NCBI GenBank assembly: GCA_965248355.1
Contig: OZ252098.1
Coordinates: 3,296,001-3,360,000, forward strand
Direction of reading: 5' to 3'
Source: Candidatus Latescibacterota bacterium
GTDB taxonomy: Bacteria > Latescibacterota > UBA2968 > UBA8231
DNA length: 64,000 bases
Below, piece after piece: positions 10,906 to 21,122 of this stretch. The notes beneath the pieces are model-generated. The model was not told the DNA's origin, searched no databases, and saw nothing but the letters and a program-made list of their open reading frames with translations. The position numbers and the translations under genes were made by a program. The first letter of the stretch is position 1, and the number at the start of each line of letters is the position of its first letter.

Positions 10906-11189
10906 CGGGGCCGGTCGGATCCCCCGCTGATGGCCGGCAGGAAGTGGACCTCGCTCGAGGCGCCCACCCGTCTCCGCATGCCCTCGGCCGACACCTCTCC
11001 ATCCACCGAGACGGCGAGGCCGGGGCGGATCCGGTCCTTCTCCGCGTCGACGATGCGCTGCCGGAAGCCCGGGTACTGCGCCTCGAGGGCTTCGATCACC
11101 TGGCGGACCGTCTCGCCCGCCACCTCCACCTGCTGCCGGCCGTCGGTGAGCTTGTCGCGCCAAGGCGCCGGCACCCATACGGTCGGCAC
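10902..11189 (-). CDS. MoaD/ThiS-family ubiquitin-like protein
   Basis: GETVRQVIEALE..YPG and VHFLPAISGG; five residues follow the GG. Confidence 0.88.
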   Translation of the reverse strand: MPTVWVPAPWRDKLTDGRQQVEVAGETVRQVIEALEAQYPGFRQRIVDAEKDRIRPGLAVSVDGEVSAEGMRRRVGASSEVHFLPAISGGSDRPR

Positions 11190-11199
11190 GGATTGCCCC

Positions 11200-13515
11200 T
11201 CAGCCGCCCGCCGCCATCGAGGCGGCGGCGGACTGGGCCAGAGCCGCCGTGATCCGGTCCGGGCGCATGGGCAGCTCGTTCAGGCCCACGCCGGTGGCGC
11301 TCTTGATCGCCGCGGCCAGGGCCGCCGGCGGCGGGGCGATGGAGGCCTCGCCGACGCCGCGTACCCCGTAGGGATGCCCGGGGTTGGGCACTTCGACGAT
11401 GATCGTCTCGATCATCGGCAGGTCGAGGGTTGTGGGAATGCGGTAGTCCAGGAAGGTGGAGTTGGCCATCCGGCCGTCCTCCGAGTAGAAGTACTCCTCG
11501 TTGAGGCCCCAGCCGATCCCCTGCACGCTTCCGCCCTGCATCTGCCCTTCCACGTAGCTGGGATGGATGGCCTTGCCGGCGTCCTGGATCACCGTGAACC
11601 GCAGCACCGTCGCCTTGCCGGTCTCCGGGTCGATCTCGATGTCGGCGATGTTGGCCGCGAAGGATCCGCCCACGCCGGACTCCGGGTCCACCGACCCCTG
11701 GCCGACGACGGGGCCACCCGTGTCGTCGATCTTTCCGGCCAGCTCCCGGAAGCGCATGGACCGGCTGCCGTCGGTGGTGCGGAAGGTCCCGTCGGTGAAC
11801 TCCACCTGCCCGGGATCGACCTCCCAGGCCTTGGCGGCGCGCTCGATCATCTGCTCCTTCACGTCCTGGGCGGCCTCGTAGGCGGCCCAGCCGGTGGCGT
11901 AGGTGACGCGGCTGCCGCCGGTGACGTCGGTATAGCCGATGGCGCTGGTGTCGCCCACGCTCGGGTTCACGTCCTCCGCCGCGAGGCCGAGGACCTCGGC
12001 GAACTGCATGGCCACCGAGGTGCGCGTGCCCCCGATGTCCGTGGAGCCCTCGACGAGCTGCACCGTGCCGTCGTTGTTGACGCTGGCCGTGACCGCCGAC
12101 TTCAGGCCCACGTTGAACCAGTACCCGAGAGCCATGCCGCGGCCCCGGTTCGGTCCTTCGAGGGCGGAGCGGTAGTGCTCGGAGTCGCGCAGGACCTCCA
12201 GGCATTCCCTGGCGCCGATGCGGGGGTAGACGAGGCCGTCGGAGCGGCGCGTGCCCTCGACGGCGACGTTGTCCAGGCGGAAGTCGACGGGGTCCTTGCC
12301 CAGCTTCTGGGCGAGCTCGTCCATGGCTTTCTCCACGGCGAAGGCCACGTGGGTGGAGCCAGGGGCGCGGTAGGCGAAGGAGCGCGGCTTGTTGACGACC
12401 ACGTCGAAGCTGTCCACCACGGCGTTGGGGAAGTCGTAGCAGGAGAACACGCACATGGCCGCGGCAAAGACCGGGGAACCCGGATAGGCGCCGGCCTCGA
12501 AGGCGATCCACGCCTCTCCGGCGGTGAGCTTTCCCGAGGCGTCGGCGCCGATCTTCACACGCACGCAGGAACCCGGCGTCGGGCCCGTGCCCTCGAAGCA
12601 GTCGGCACGGGTCATGATGATCTTCACCGGCTGACCGCTCTGCCGCGACAGCAGGGCGGCGACGGGCTCGAGGTAGCAGGGGATCTTGCCGCCGAATCCG
12701 CCGCCGATCTCCTGGGGAACGACGCGGACCTTGCCCACGGGCAGGTCGAGGATCGCGGCGATCTGCTTCTGGGCGGTGAAGGCGCCCTGCGTGCTGGTCC
12801 ACACCGTCAGTTGTCCGTCGGGGCTCCACGTGGCGGTGCCGTTGTGAGGCTCGATGTAGCCCTGGTGCACGGTCGATGTGTGCACCTCGGCCTCGGCGGT
12901 GACGGCGGCGGCGGCGAACCCCTGACCCACGTCCCCGAGCTCGTGGCGCAGGTGGGAAGCGACGTTGCTGCGCCGGCCCGTGTCCTCGCCGAACTCCTGG
13001 GTCGTCATGTGCTCGTGCAGCTTTGGCGCGTCCTCGCCCATGGCGTCGAGCACGCCCACCGCCGCCGGCAGCACCTCGTAGTCGACCTCGATCAGGGCCA
13101 GGGCCTCTTCGGCGGCGTGCAGGGTGGTGGCCGCCACTCCGGCCACCGCGTGCCCCCTGTAGAGCGCCTTGTCCGTGGCCAGCACGTTGTCGCGCATGTG
13201 CTTGATGCGCGCCGGACCCTCCCCGAGGTCGATCATCTCATCGGCCGAGGCCGGCGCCGGCAGGTCGGCGCCGGTGACGACGGCGCGCACGCCGGCCACC
13301 TGGGCGGCCTTGCTCGTGTCGATGGAGCGGATGCGCGCGTGGGCGTGGGGCGAGCGCAGCACCTGGCCGTGGAGCAGCCCCGGCAGGCGCACGTCCCCGC
13401 CGTAGACGGCCCGGCCCGTGACCTTGTCGGTGCCGTCGTGGCGGATCGGCCGAGTGCCGATCACGTTGTACTGCCGGTCGCCGAAGTCGCGGATCTTGCC
13501 GTTGCCGTCAGCCAT
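11200..13515 (-). CDS. Xanthine dehydrogenase-family molybdopterin-binding large subunit
   Basis: KVTGRAVY, RSPHAHARI, GGGFGGK, AYRAPG, EGQMQGG, RGVGE. Confidence 0.95.
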   Translation of the reverse strand: MADGNGKIRDFGDRQYNVIGTRPIRHDGTDKVTGRAVYGGDVRLPGLLHGQVLRSPHAHARIRSIDTSKAAQVAGVRAVVTGADLPAPASADEMIDLGEGPARIKHMRDNVLATDKALYRGHAVAGVAATTLHAAEEALALIEVDYEVLPAAVGVLDAMGEDAPKLHEHMTTQEFGEDTGRRSNVASHLRHELGDVGQGFAAAAVTAEAEVHTSTVHQGYIEPHNGTATWSPDGQLTVWTSTQGAFTAQKQIAAILDLPVGKVRVVPQEIGGGFGGKIPCYLEPVAALLSRQSGQPVKIIMTRADCFEGTGPTPGSCVRVKIGADASGKLTAGEAWIAFEAGAYPGSPVFAAAMCVFSCYDFPNAVVDSFDVVVNKPRSFAYRAPGSTHVAFAVEKAMDELAQKLGKDPVDFRLDNVAVEGTRRSDGLVYPRIGARECLEVLRDSEHYRSALEGPNRGRGMALGYWFNVGLKSAVTASVNNDGTVQLVEGSTDIGGTRTSVAMQFAEVLGLAAEDVNPSVGDTSAIGYTDVTGGSRVTYATGWAAYEAAQDVKEQMIERAAKAWEVDPGQVEFTDGTFRTTDGSRSMRFRELAGKIDDTGGPVVGQGSVDPESGVGGSFAANIADIEIDPETGKATVLRFTVIQDAGKAIHPSYVEGQMQGGSVQGIGWGLNEEYFYSEDGRMANSTFLDYRIPTTLDLPMIETIIVEVPNPGHPYGVRGVGEASIAPPPAALAAAIKSATGVGLNELPMRPDRITAALAQSAAASMAAGG

Positions 13516-13602
13516 GGATCATCCCCCCGGTTGCCAGGTAGGCAGCAAGCGGCGCCGGATCCCCCGCGGGATCCAGCGCCGGTGATTCGTTGCGCGGAGC
13601 GG

Positions 13603-14073
13603 TCAACTGTTCTCACCCGCCGCGTCGAGAACGGCGCGGACGATCTTGTCGTAACCGGTGCAGCGGCACAGGTTGCCCGCCAGCCAGTGCCGCACATCGT
13701 GCTCGCTCGGGTTCGGCCTGGCGTCGAGCAGGGCCTTGCTCGCCACCAGGAATCCCGGCGTGCAGATGCCGCACTGGAGGCTGGCGTGCTCCAGGAACTT
13801 CTGCTGCAGCGGATGCAGTCCGTCGGCGCTGGCCAGGCCCTCGACGGTGAGGACCTCGGAGCCCTCCACCTCGACCGCCAGGACCAGGCAGGAGTCGACG
13901 AGCACGCCGTCGACGATGACGCTGCAGGCGCCGCAGTTGCCGTCGTTGCACCCTTCCTTGGTGCCGGTGAAGCCGAGGTCCTCGCGCAGAACCTCCAGCA
14001 GGCTCTGGCGGGCCTCGCAGAGGAACTCCTCGGATTCGCCGTTGATCGTGCAGGAGACGTGGATCTTGCTCAT
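13603..14073 (-). CDS. (2Fe-2S)-binding small subunit (CoxS/XdhC-like)
   Basis: KEGCNDGNCGAC, QCGICTPG, GNLCRCTGY. Confidence 0.96.
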   Translation of the reverse strand: MSKIHVSCTINGESEEFLCEARQSLLEVLREDLGFTGTKEGCNDGNCGACSVIVDGVLVDSCLVLAVEVEGSEVLTVEGLASADGLHPLQQKFLEHASLQCGICTPGFLVASKALLDARPNPSEHDVRHWLAGNLCRCTGYDKIVRAVLDAAGENS

Positions 14074-14103
14074 GTCGTGTGCGGTCCTCTCGGTCGGGTC
14101 GGG

Positions 14104-15027
14104 TTACAGCGCGTAGAGGGGATGGCCGTTTTCCTGCACGGCGTTCGGGACGAACTGACCACGGGCGCGCTTGACCGCGCCGATCAGGGCGCGCCGGGTC
14201 AGGACGCCCACCAGGTGGGTGCGGTACTCCGCCGGACCCCGCATGTCGGAGATCGGACGGGCCACGGCCCGGGCCTCCTCGGCGGCGGCGGCGATCGACT
14301 CCTCGTTCACGGGCTGTCCTTCGAGTCTGGCGCTTGCGGCGGCGGCGTTGAGCGGGGTCGGAGCCACCGCGCCCAGGCCGATGCGCACCTTCCTGAAGGT
14401 CTGCCCCCGTCCCCGGCCGCCCAGCTCGACATAGGCACCGGCGCCGACGACGGCGATGTCCATCTCGTTGCGGGGGATGAAGCGGAGGTAGTGGGCGCCG
14501 GAGCTCTTCCGGTTGTGGGGAATCTGGATCGCCACCAGCAACTCCCCGGGCTGCAGAACGCTCTGGCCCGGCGCCGTGCAGAAGTCCTTCACGAACACCT
14601 TTCGGCGGCCGTCGGGCCCGGCGATCTCCGCCCGGGCGCCGTAGGCGATCAGCACGGGGATCGTGTCGGCGCTCGGCGAGGCGTTGCACAGGTTGCCCCC
14701 GAAGCTGGCCCGCCCCTGGATCTGGATGCCGCCGATGATGGCCGCCGCATCGACGATCCCCGGGTAGCGCTCGGCGATCTCCGGGTCCTCGTAGATGCGG
14801 TGGCAGGGCACGGCGGCGCCGATCCTGAGGCCTGACCGGGGGCTGATGCGCAGCTCGTTGAGCTCGGGCAAGTTCTTGACATCGACCACGCGCTCGGGCT
14901 GGAGGCGGCGGATCCGCATCTGCACGATGAGGTCGGTTCCTCCCGCGAGGGCCCGGGCGTTGTCGTGGGAGAGAAGTTTGACCGCTTCCCGGAGAGTCGC
15001 GGGGACGGTGTATTCAAAGTCCTTCAA
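14104..15027 (-). CDS. FAD-binding medium subunit (CoxM-like)
   Basis: LAGGTDL and GGNLCNASPSAD; TTG start with AGGGAG RBS. Confidence 0.93.
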   Translation of the reverse strand: MKDFEYTVPATLREAVKLLSHDNARALAGGTDLIVQMRIRRLQPERVVDVKNLPELNELRISPRSGLRIGAAVPCHRIYEDPEIAERYPGIVDAAAIIGGIQIQGRASFGGNLCNASPSADTIPVLIAYGARAEIAGPDGRRKVFVKDFCTAPGQSVLQPGELLVAIQIPHNRKSSGAHYLRFIPRNEMDIAVVGAGAYVELGGRGRGQTFRKVRIGLGAVAPTPLNAAAASARLEGQPVNEESIAAAAEEARAVARPISDMRGPAEYRTHLVGVLTRRALIGAVKRARGQFVPNAVQENGHPLYAL

Positions 15028-15086
15028 CGGTTGGCTCCCTCGTGTCCTGGGCGGTTCGCCCCAATTAATGTTTGGGCAGAGGCGCA

Positions 15087-15114
15087 AAGATACCCGGCCG
15101 GTGGGAGCTGTCAA
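15087..15114 (-). promoter_or_regulatory. Sigma70-type promoter of the MSL operon
   Basis: TTGACA (15114-15109), 16-nt spacer, TATCTT (15092-15087). Confidence 0.65.
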
Positions 15115-15150
15115 CAAGCCCCGGGGGCCGCCGGGCGGATGGTTCGGAGC

Positions 15151-18100
15151 TCAGCTCGCGGCCGGGCCCGGGGCCGGTTCGAGGGCCTGGCGGGGGGATT
15201 CCCGCAAGCCGGCCCAGCGCTCGAGAAGCATCTCCAGAAGCTTCATGCCCGCGGGCACCCCGACGAGGATGATGCCCGTGGCGAAGAGGATGCCGAAGGC
15301 CAGGCTGACCGCCATGGGGATCAGGAACTGGGCCTGCAGGCTCTTCTCGAGAATCATGGGCAGCAGGGCGAAGAAGGTCGTGGCCGAGGTCAGGAAGATC
15401 GGCCGGAAGCGCAGGCGTCCGGCCTCGACGAGGGCCTCGTCCCGCGGCCGACCGGCCTCGCGCAGCTGGTTGTAGAAGGAGAGCAGGATCAGGGAGTCGT
15501 TGACGACCACTCCGGAGAGGGCCACGATGCCGAAGAGGCTCAGCATGGCCAGGTCGAGCCCCATCAGCACGTGGCCCCACACCGCCCCGACTATGCCGAA
15601 GGGGATGGCCCCCATGACGACCAGGGGCTGGCTGTACGACCGGAAGGGAATGGCCAGCAGGGCGTAGATGGCGACCAGGGCCACCAGGAAGCCCCGCCCG
15701 AGACTGGCGAAGGACTCGGCCTGTTCCCGCTGCTCTCCTTCATAGCTGTAGCGCAACCCCGGGTACTCCCGCATCAGCAGGGGCAGGAAACGCTCGCGCA
15801 GGTCGCGGTTGATCTCGTCCGCATTGGCCATCTCGGCGTCGACGTCGGCGGTGACGGTCACGACCCGCCGGCCGCCGCTGCGCTGGATGGCGGCGTACCC
15901 GTAGTCGAGGCGCACGTCGGCCACGTAGGGCAAGGGGACCTCGGCCCCCGACGGCGTTCTCACGCGCATGCCCTCGATATCGCCCAGGGTGCGCCGCTCG
16001 GCCTCCGGATACCGGACCACCACGCGGGCGTCGTCGCGCCCTCGCTGCAGGCGCAGCGCCTCGGCGCCGTGGTACCCGTGGCGCACCTGGGTCGCCAGGT
16101 CGGCCATGGTCAGGCCGAGGACCCGGCCCCTGGGCTTGAGATCCAGGCGCATCTCGAGCTTGCCCTCGTGGAAACTGTCGTGGATCTCGCCGGTGCCCGG
16201 GTATCCGGCGATCTCCTCCTTCAGGCGCTCCACCGCCGCCAGGAGCAGGTCGAAGTCGGCGGCGGACATCTGGATTTCGATGGCGTTGCCCACCGAGAAC
16301 AGGCTCGCCTGGTAGGCCACCGACTCGGGCCCCGGCAAGGGTCCCATGGCGGCCCTGACCCGGGCGGCGATCTCGGCGCTGGAGTGCCGGCGCTCCTCCG
16401 AGGGCAGCAGCTCGATGGTGATCTCGGCCAGGTGGGCCTGGCCTCCCACACCGCTGGCGGCGCCGAAGGAGGAGCGCCGCATCATGGGTTGATCCCCGAC
16501 GATGCTGAAGACGTTGCGCAGGATCGACGGGCCTTCCCTGTCCTCCTGGTCGATTTCGTCACGGACGCGCACGGCCCCTTCCTCGATCCGCCGTACCACC
16601 TCCCGCGTCTGCCCGGCGGTCGCTCCCTGGGGCATCTCGACGGCGATCGTGACCCAGTCCGAATCGATCTCCGGCATGAAGACGAACTTGATGTGGCCGC
16701 CCATGATGAACCCCGTGGTGCCCAGCATGAGGGCCAGGCCCACGGCGATGGCGACGAGGGGATCGCGCACCGCCCGCCGCACCAATGGGGTGTAGCAGCG
16801 TCCGATCACCCACCCCAGCCCAGCGTTGACGCGCTCCGACGTGCGCCGCTGGAGCCGCAGGGGCCAGGCGAGGGCCCAGCCGAGGAGACGGCCCGGCAGC
16901 CCCGGGCGGGAGGAGAGGTGGGCGGGAAGGATGTAGAGAGCCTCCACCAGGGAGAGGAGGAGCACGGAGATGACGATGGCCGGGATGACCATCATGAACT
17001 TCCCCATGTTCCCCTCCACGAAGGCCAGGGGCAGGAAGGCGGCCACCGAGGTCAGGATGGTGAACACCACCGGCTTGCCTACCTCCAGGGTGCCGTCCAC
17101 GGCGGCCTGCAGCAGGCCCTTCCCGCGTTCCCGGTGGGAGAAGATGTTCTCGCCCACGACGACGGCGTCGTCCACGACGATGCCGAGGGCGACGATGAAG
17201 GCGAAGAGGGAGAGCATGTTGATCGAGACGTCGAGAGGCTCGATCAGCAGGAAGCTCCCGAGGAAGGAGATGGGAATGCCCATCATCACCCAGAAGGCCA
17301 GGCGAAGATCGAGAAACAGGCTCAGACAGACGAAGACCAGCACCAGGCCCAACTGGGCGTTGCGCAGCAGCAGATCCAGCCGGCTGCGCAGCAGCCGCGC
17401 GTCGTCGCGGACGTAGCTGATGTCGATGCCGGCCGGCAGACCGCCCTGCCGGCCTTCGACATAGGCCTTGACGTAGCTGGAGATCTCCAGGGAGCTCTCG
17501 TCGCCGGTGCGATAGACGCCGACCACGGCCGCGGGCCGGCCCTGGAAGCGGCAGATCAGGTCGCTGTCCTCGAAGCCGTCCACCACGCGCCCGATCTGTC
17601 CCACGGTCAGCGCCGTCCCGTCGGGCCGCGTCCGGACGACCACGTCGCCGTAGTCGCGGCCGTCGTACAACAGGCCCTTCGTGCGCACCAGCACCTCGCC
17701 CTGCTCCCCCTTCACGCTGCCGCCGGGCAAGTCGAGGCTCGTGCGGCGTACGGCGTCGGCGATGCCGCCCAGAGTGAGCCCGTGGCGTTGCAGGGCCGCC
17801 TCGGAGACCTCGATGGCGATTTCGTCTGTGCGCACCCCCAGCAACTCGACCTGCGACACCCGGCCGGAGGCGCGCAGGTCGTCGCGCACGCCCTCGGCGG
17901 CGACCTTCAGGGCCCGCTCCGCAACGTCGCCGTAGAGGACGACGTCGATGACCCGGTTGCGCCGCACCAAGTCCTTGATGACCGGTTTCTCGGTCTCCAC
18001 CGGAAAGGTGTCGATGCGATCGATCGTGCTGCGGACCTCGTCGATGACCCTCTCCATGTCCGCGCCCAGCTCGAGCTCCACGGTGACGACGGCCATGCCC

Positions 18101-18360
18101 TCGGCGGCGGTGGAGTTGATCCGGCGGATCCCTTCCAGACCGGTGATGCGCTCCTCGAGGCGCCGGACGACGCCTGTCTCCACGTCCGCGGGGCTGGCGC
18201 CCGGATAGGGGACCTGGATCCGGATCTGGTCGAGGTCGATCTCGGGAAAGGTCTCCTTCTTCATGCGCAGCATGCCCAGCGCCCCGGTGAGCAGGACGAA
18301 GACCATGAGCAGATTCGCGGCCACGTGGTTGCGAGCCATCCAGGCGATGGAGCGGTTCAC
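15151..18360 (-). CDS. RND efflux transporter permease subunit
   Basis: YPGASP, GIVVDDAVVV, RFRPIFLTS; two large periplasmic loops; GTG overlaps MFP stop. Confidence 0.95.
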   Translation of the reverse strand: MNRSIAWMARNHVAANLLMVFVLLTGALGMLRMKKETFPEIDLDQIRIQVPYPGASPADVETGVVRRLEERITGLEGIRRINSTAAEGMAVVTVELELGADMERVIDEVRSTIDRIDTFPVETEKPVIKDLVRRNRVIDVVLYGDVAERALKVAAEGVRDDLRASGRVSQVELLGVRTDEIAIEVSEAALQRHGLTLGGIADAVRRTSLDLPGGSVKGEQGEVLVRTKGLLYDGRDYGDVVVRTRPDGTALTVGQIGRVVDGFEDSDLICRFQGRPAAVVGVYRTGDESSLEISSYVKAYVEGRQGGLPAGIDISYVRDDARLLRSRLDLLLRNAQLGLVLVFVCLSLFLDLRLAFWVMMGIPISFLGSFLLIEPLDVSINMLSLFAFIVALGIVVDDAVVVGENIFSHRERGKGLLQAAVDGTLEVGKPVVFTILTSVAAFLPLAFVEGNMGKFMMVIPAIVISVLLLSLVEALYILPAHLSSRPGLPGRLLGWALAWPLRLQRRTSERVNAGLGWVIGRCYTPLVRRAVRDPLVAIAVGLALMLGTTGFIMGGHIKFVFMPEIDSDWVTIAVEMPQGATAGQTREVVRRIEEGAVRVRDEIDQEDREGPSILRNVFSIVGDQPMMRRSSFGAASGVGGQAHLAEITIELLPSEERRHSSAEIAARVRAAMGPLPGPESVAYQASLFSVGNAIEIQMSAADFDLLLAAVERLKEEIAGYPGTGEIHDSFHEGKLEMRLDLKPRGRVLGLTMADLATQVRHGYHGAEALRLQRGRDDARVVVRYPEAERRTLGDIEGMRVRTPSGAEVPLPYVADVRLDYGYAAIQRSGGRRVVTVTADVDAEMANADEINRDLRERFLPLLMREYPGLRYSYEGEQREQAESFASLGRGFLVALVAIYALLAIPFRSYSQPLVVMGAIPFGIVGAVWGHVLMGLDLAMLSLFGIVALSGVVVNDSLILLSFYNQLREAGRPRDEALVEAGRLRFRPIFLTSATTFFALLPMILEKSLQAQFLIPMAVSLAFGILFATGIILVGVPAGMKLLEMLLERWAGLRESPRQALEPAPGPAAS

Positions 18361-19577
18361 GGCGTCTCCACGCGATCGATCCGCCGCACCGCCATGCCGT
18401 CCGTGACCCCCTTCAACTGCGAGGTGATCACCCGGGCGCCGGACTCGGCGTCGAAGCGCACCAGGGCCTCCTCCCGGCCGACGCGCACCACCTCCACGGG
18501 CTGCAGCCGCAGGCGGCCGTCCACGGCGAGCCACACCACGCCGCCGGCGTGCAGGGCCCGGCGCGGAATGGTGCGCACGTCCTGCAGGGGGCGTCCCTGG
18601 ATCTCCACGTCGACGAACAGACCCGCCATCAGAGGCGCCGTGGCGCCGCTCCACGCGCCGTACGGGTCGTCGACCTCGACGACGAGGTTGACCATGCGGC
18701 TGCGGGGGTCGATCTGCCCCTCGCTGCGAACCACGCGGCCCTTCCAGGTGTGGTCGCTCCCGGCGTAGCGCGCCCTCAGCAGGGCCTGTCCGGGCCCGGT
18801 CGCCCCCCGGGGGAGCTCCGGGGGGGGCGCATCGGCCGCCAGGGCCTGGTGCGGCGACGACGGTGCCGGCGCCGGGATGTCGATCCACGCCAGTTCCTCG
18901 TCGGGAACGGGCACCGGGACCTCCGCCCGCTCGGTGCCGTAGAGCCGCGCCACCGCCCGTCCCGGCGACACGTACTGACCCAGGTCCAGCTCCGTGGAAC
19001 GGACGCGCCCGGCAAAAGGAGCCTGCAGTCGAGTCCGCTCCAGGTGGAGGCGCGCCTCCCGCAGGCGGGCCTGGGCCGCCTTCAACGCCGCCTCTGCCAA
19101 CCTCATCTGCGGGATATGCAGAGCCAGGGAGGACGGCTCCGGGCCGCCGGCTTCGAGCCGCTCCCACTCCTCGCCGGCCACCTCGGCCTCCCCCCGGGCG
19201 ATCTCGAGCTGGTAGCGGGCCCGGGCCACCTCGGCCTCGGTCTGGTCCACGGCGAGCTCGAAGTCCTCCGGGTCGATCCGGGCCAGCACCTGCCCGGCGG
19301 CGAAGAAACCGCCCGCCTCCATCTGGTCCGAGATCCACACGATGCGGCCCCCCACCTGGGGCACCAGGTCGATCTCGCGGTCGGGGCGGACCGTCCCCTG
19401 GGCCCGCACGAGGACGCGGACCGGACCCGGCGCGGCCTGGACGGTCTCCACCAGGGGATCCTGGACGACCGGCGCCATCCGCGGCGGCTGCGGGCGCAGG
19501 CTCGTGAGCAGCAGGAAGGCGGCCACGCCCGCGGCGAGGATCGCCACCGGCAGGAGGAATCGCATGGACCTACTCAT
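18357..19577 (-). CDS. RND efflux membrane fusion (periplasmic adaptor) protein
   Basis: N-terminal TM anchor, PQVGGRI, coiled hairpin, TRLQAPFAGRV. Confidence 0.93.
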   Translation of the reverse strand: MSRSMRFLLPVAILAAGVAAFLLLTSLRPQPPRMAPVVQDPLVETVQAAPGPVRVLVRAQGTVRPDREIDLVPQVGGRIVWISDQMEAGGFFAAGQVLARIDPEDFELAVDQTEAEVARARYQLEIARGEAEVAGEEWERLEAGGPEPSSLALHIPQMRLAEAALKAAQARLREARLHLERTRLQAPFAGRVRSTELDLGQYVSPGRAVARLYGTERAEVPVPVPDEELAWIDIPAPAPSSPHQALAADAPPPELPRGATGPGQALLRARYAGSDHTWKGRVVRSEGQIDPRSRMVNLVVEVDDPYGAWSGATAPLMAGLFVDVEIQGRPLQDVRTIPRRALHAGGVVWLAVDGRLRLQPVEVVRVGREEALVRFDAESGARVITSQLKGVTDGMAVRRIDRVETP

Positions 19578-21114
19578 GGGTCTGGGACCGGCTCACCGGA
19601 TTTGTGAAGCCGCCGCCGAGAGCGACATGCAGATCGACGCGGGCGTCGACGCGCTGGCGACGGGTCGTGAGCAGCTGACTGCGCGCTTCGTACGACCGCC
19701 GCTGGGCGTCGAGAAGGGTGATGAGACCGACGAGTCCCCGGCGGTAGCGGTCGGCGGCCAGGGATTCGGCCGCCGAAGCCTGACGAGCCGTCTCGACAAG
19801 GGCCGCCTCCCGGTCGGCCAGGGCAGCCTCGGCCGCCAGGGCGCTCTCCACCTCGGCGAAGGCGCTCAGCACGAGGCCGGCATAGGCGGCTACCAGGGCC
19901 TCCCGGTCGGCCTCGGCGGCTTCCACCTGGGCCCGCAGGCGCCCCCCCTGGAACAGGGGCATCGTGAGATTGGCCACCAGGCTCCAGACGGAGAAGTCGC
20001 CATCGAGCAGGTCGGCCAGTTCCTCGCTCGAGCGGCCGCCGCCGCCGGTCAGCCGGATGCCGGGCAGCAGCGCCCGGCGCGCGGAGGAGAGGCGCTGACC
20101 GGCCGCCGTCAGCCGGCGCTCGGCAGCGGCCAGGTCCGGCCGCCGGCGGATCAGCTCGGCCGGCAGGCCCGCCGGCACGCGGCCGGTCACCGAGGGGGGC
20201 GCCTCGGCGACGGCGAGCTCGGCCGCCGGGTAGCGCCCGAGGAGCACCTCGAGCTGGCGGGTGGCGCCGTCGAGCTGCAGACGGCGCAGGGCGAGGTTGG
20301 CGCGGGCCCCGGCGGCCTCCGAGCGCGCCAGCCGCAGGTCGAGGGAGGTCCGCAGGCCCCGGGTGTACCTGCCTTCGATGCTCTCGCTCACCTCCTGGCG
20401 GTTGCCGGCCGTGGCCTCGGCCAGGTGAGCCTGGAGCCCCGCCTCGGCGGCCGCCGCGTAGGCTCGCACGATCAGGGATTCGAGGGACAGGCGGGCCCCG
20501 GACAGGTCGAACCGCGTGGCCTGGGCCTCGGCCAGCGCCGCCGCCTGGTCGGCTCGCAGCCGTCCCCACAGATCGGCCTCCCAACTGGCGGTGAAGGCGG
20601 CGTCGAAGGTGTTGGTGGTCACCGCGGGCAGCTCGACCGCCCCGCCGAAGTCGGGGAAACCGAGGAAGTTGCGGCGCGAGCGTCTGCTCTCGCCATCGGC
20701 GCTCGCCCGGGGCCAGCGTCCGGCTCCCGACATGCGCGCCTGGGCCACGGCGCGCTCCACCCGGGCCGCGGACGCCGCCAGGTCGTGGTTGTGCGCCAGA
20801 CCTTCGGCGATCAGGGCGCCGAGGTAGGGGTCGTCGAGATCGCTCCACCATGGCTCGAGCAGGGAATCGGCGCCTGCAGCCGTGGATGCGCCCGCGGTCC
20901 AGGCCGGGGGCGCGGCTGCCACGGGCATTCCCGGATCGAAGGGCGGCGCCGAGGCGCAGGCAGCGGTGAGCGCCATGGAAGCGGCGGCAAGGGTTCGGCC
21001 CCAGGCCGCCGTTGGTCCCCCCGAGCGGCCACGGGATCGGCGCAGCGGGGGCCGGTAGTTCGGGCTGAGGCCGTCGGCTCCGGCGGCGGAGTCGGCCGCC
21101 AGGCCAGATCCCAT
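19570..21114 (-). CDS. TolC/NodT-family outer membrane efflux lipoprotein
   Basis: LTAAC lipobox, WWSDLDDP, SWEADLWG, RRPDLAAAE; start codon uncertain. Confidence 0.9.
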   Translation of the reverse strand: MGSGLAADSAAGADGLSPNYRPPLRRSRGRSGGPTAAWGRTLAAASMALTAACASAPPFDPGMPVAAAPPAWTAGASTAAGADSLLEPWWSDLDDPYLGALIAEGLAHNHDLAASAARVERAVAQARMSGAGRWPRASADGESRRSRRNFLGFPDFGGAVELPAVTTNTFDAAFTASWEADLWGRLRADQAAALAEAQATRFDLSGARLSLESLIVRAYAAAAEAGLQAHLAEATAGNRQEVSESIEGRYTRGLRTSLDLRLARSEAAGARANLALRRLQLDGATRQLEVLLGRYPAAELAVAEAPPSVTGRVPAGLPAELIRRRPDLAAAERRLTAAGQRLSSARRALLPGIRLTGGGGRSSEELADLLDGDFSVWSLVANLTMPLFQGGRLRAQVEAAEADREALVAAYAGLVLSAFAEVESALAAEAALADREAALVETARQASAAESLAADRYRRGLVGLITLLDAQRRSYEARSQLLTTRRQRVDARVDLHVALGGGFTNPVSRSQTHE

Positions 21115-21122
21115 GAGGGTGA

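Noticed and set aside
11200..15027. Aerobic CO dehydrogenase (coxMSL)
   Set aside because: Active-site loop is AYRAPG, not AYxCSFR or AYxGAGR; no cox accessory genes
4900..18768. Very long plus-strand ORFs 4900..8469, 10258..14835 and 14965..18768
   Set aside because: Antisense shadows of dnaE, the MSL operon and the RND gene, typical of high-GC DNA
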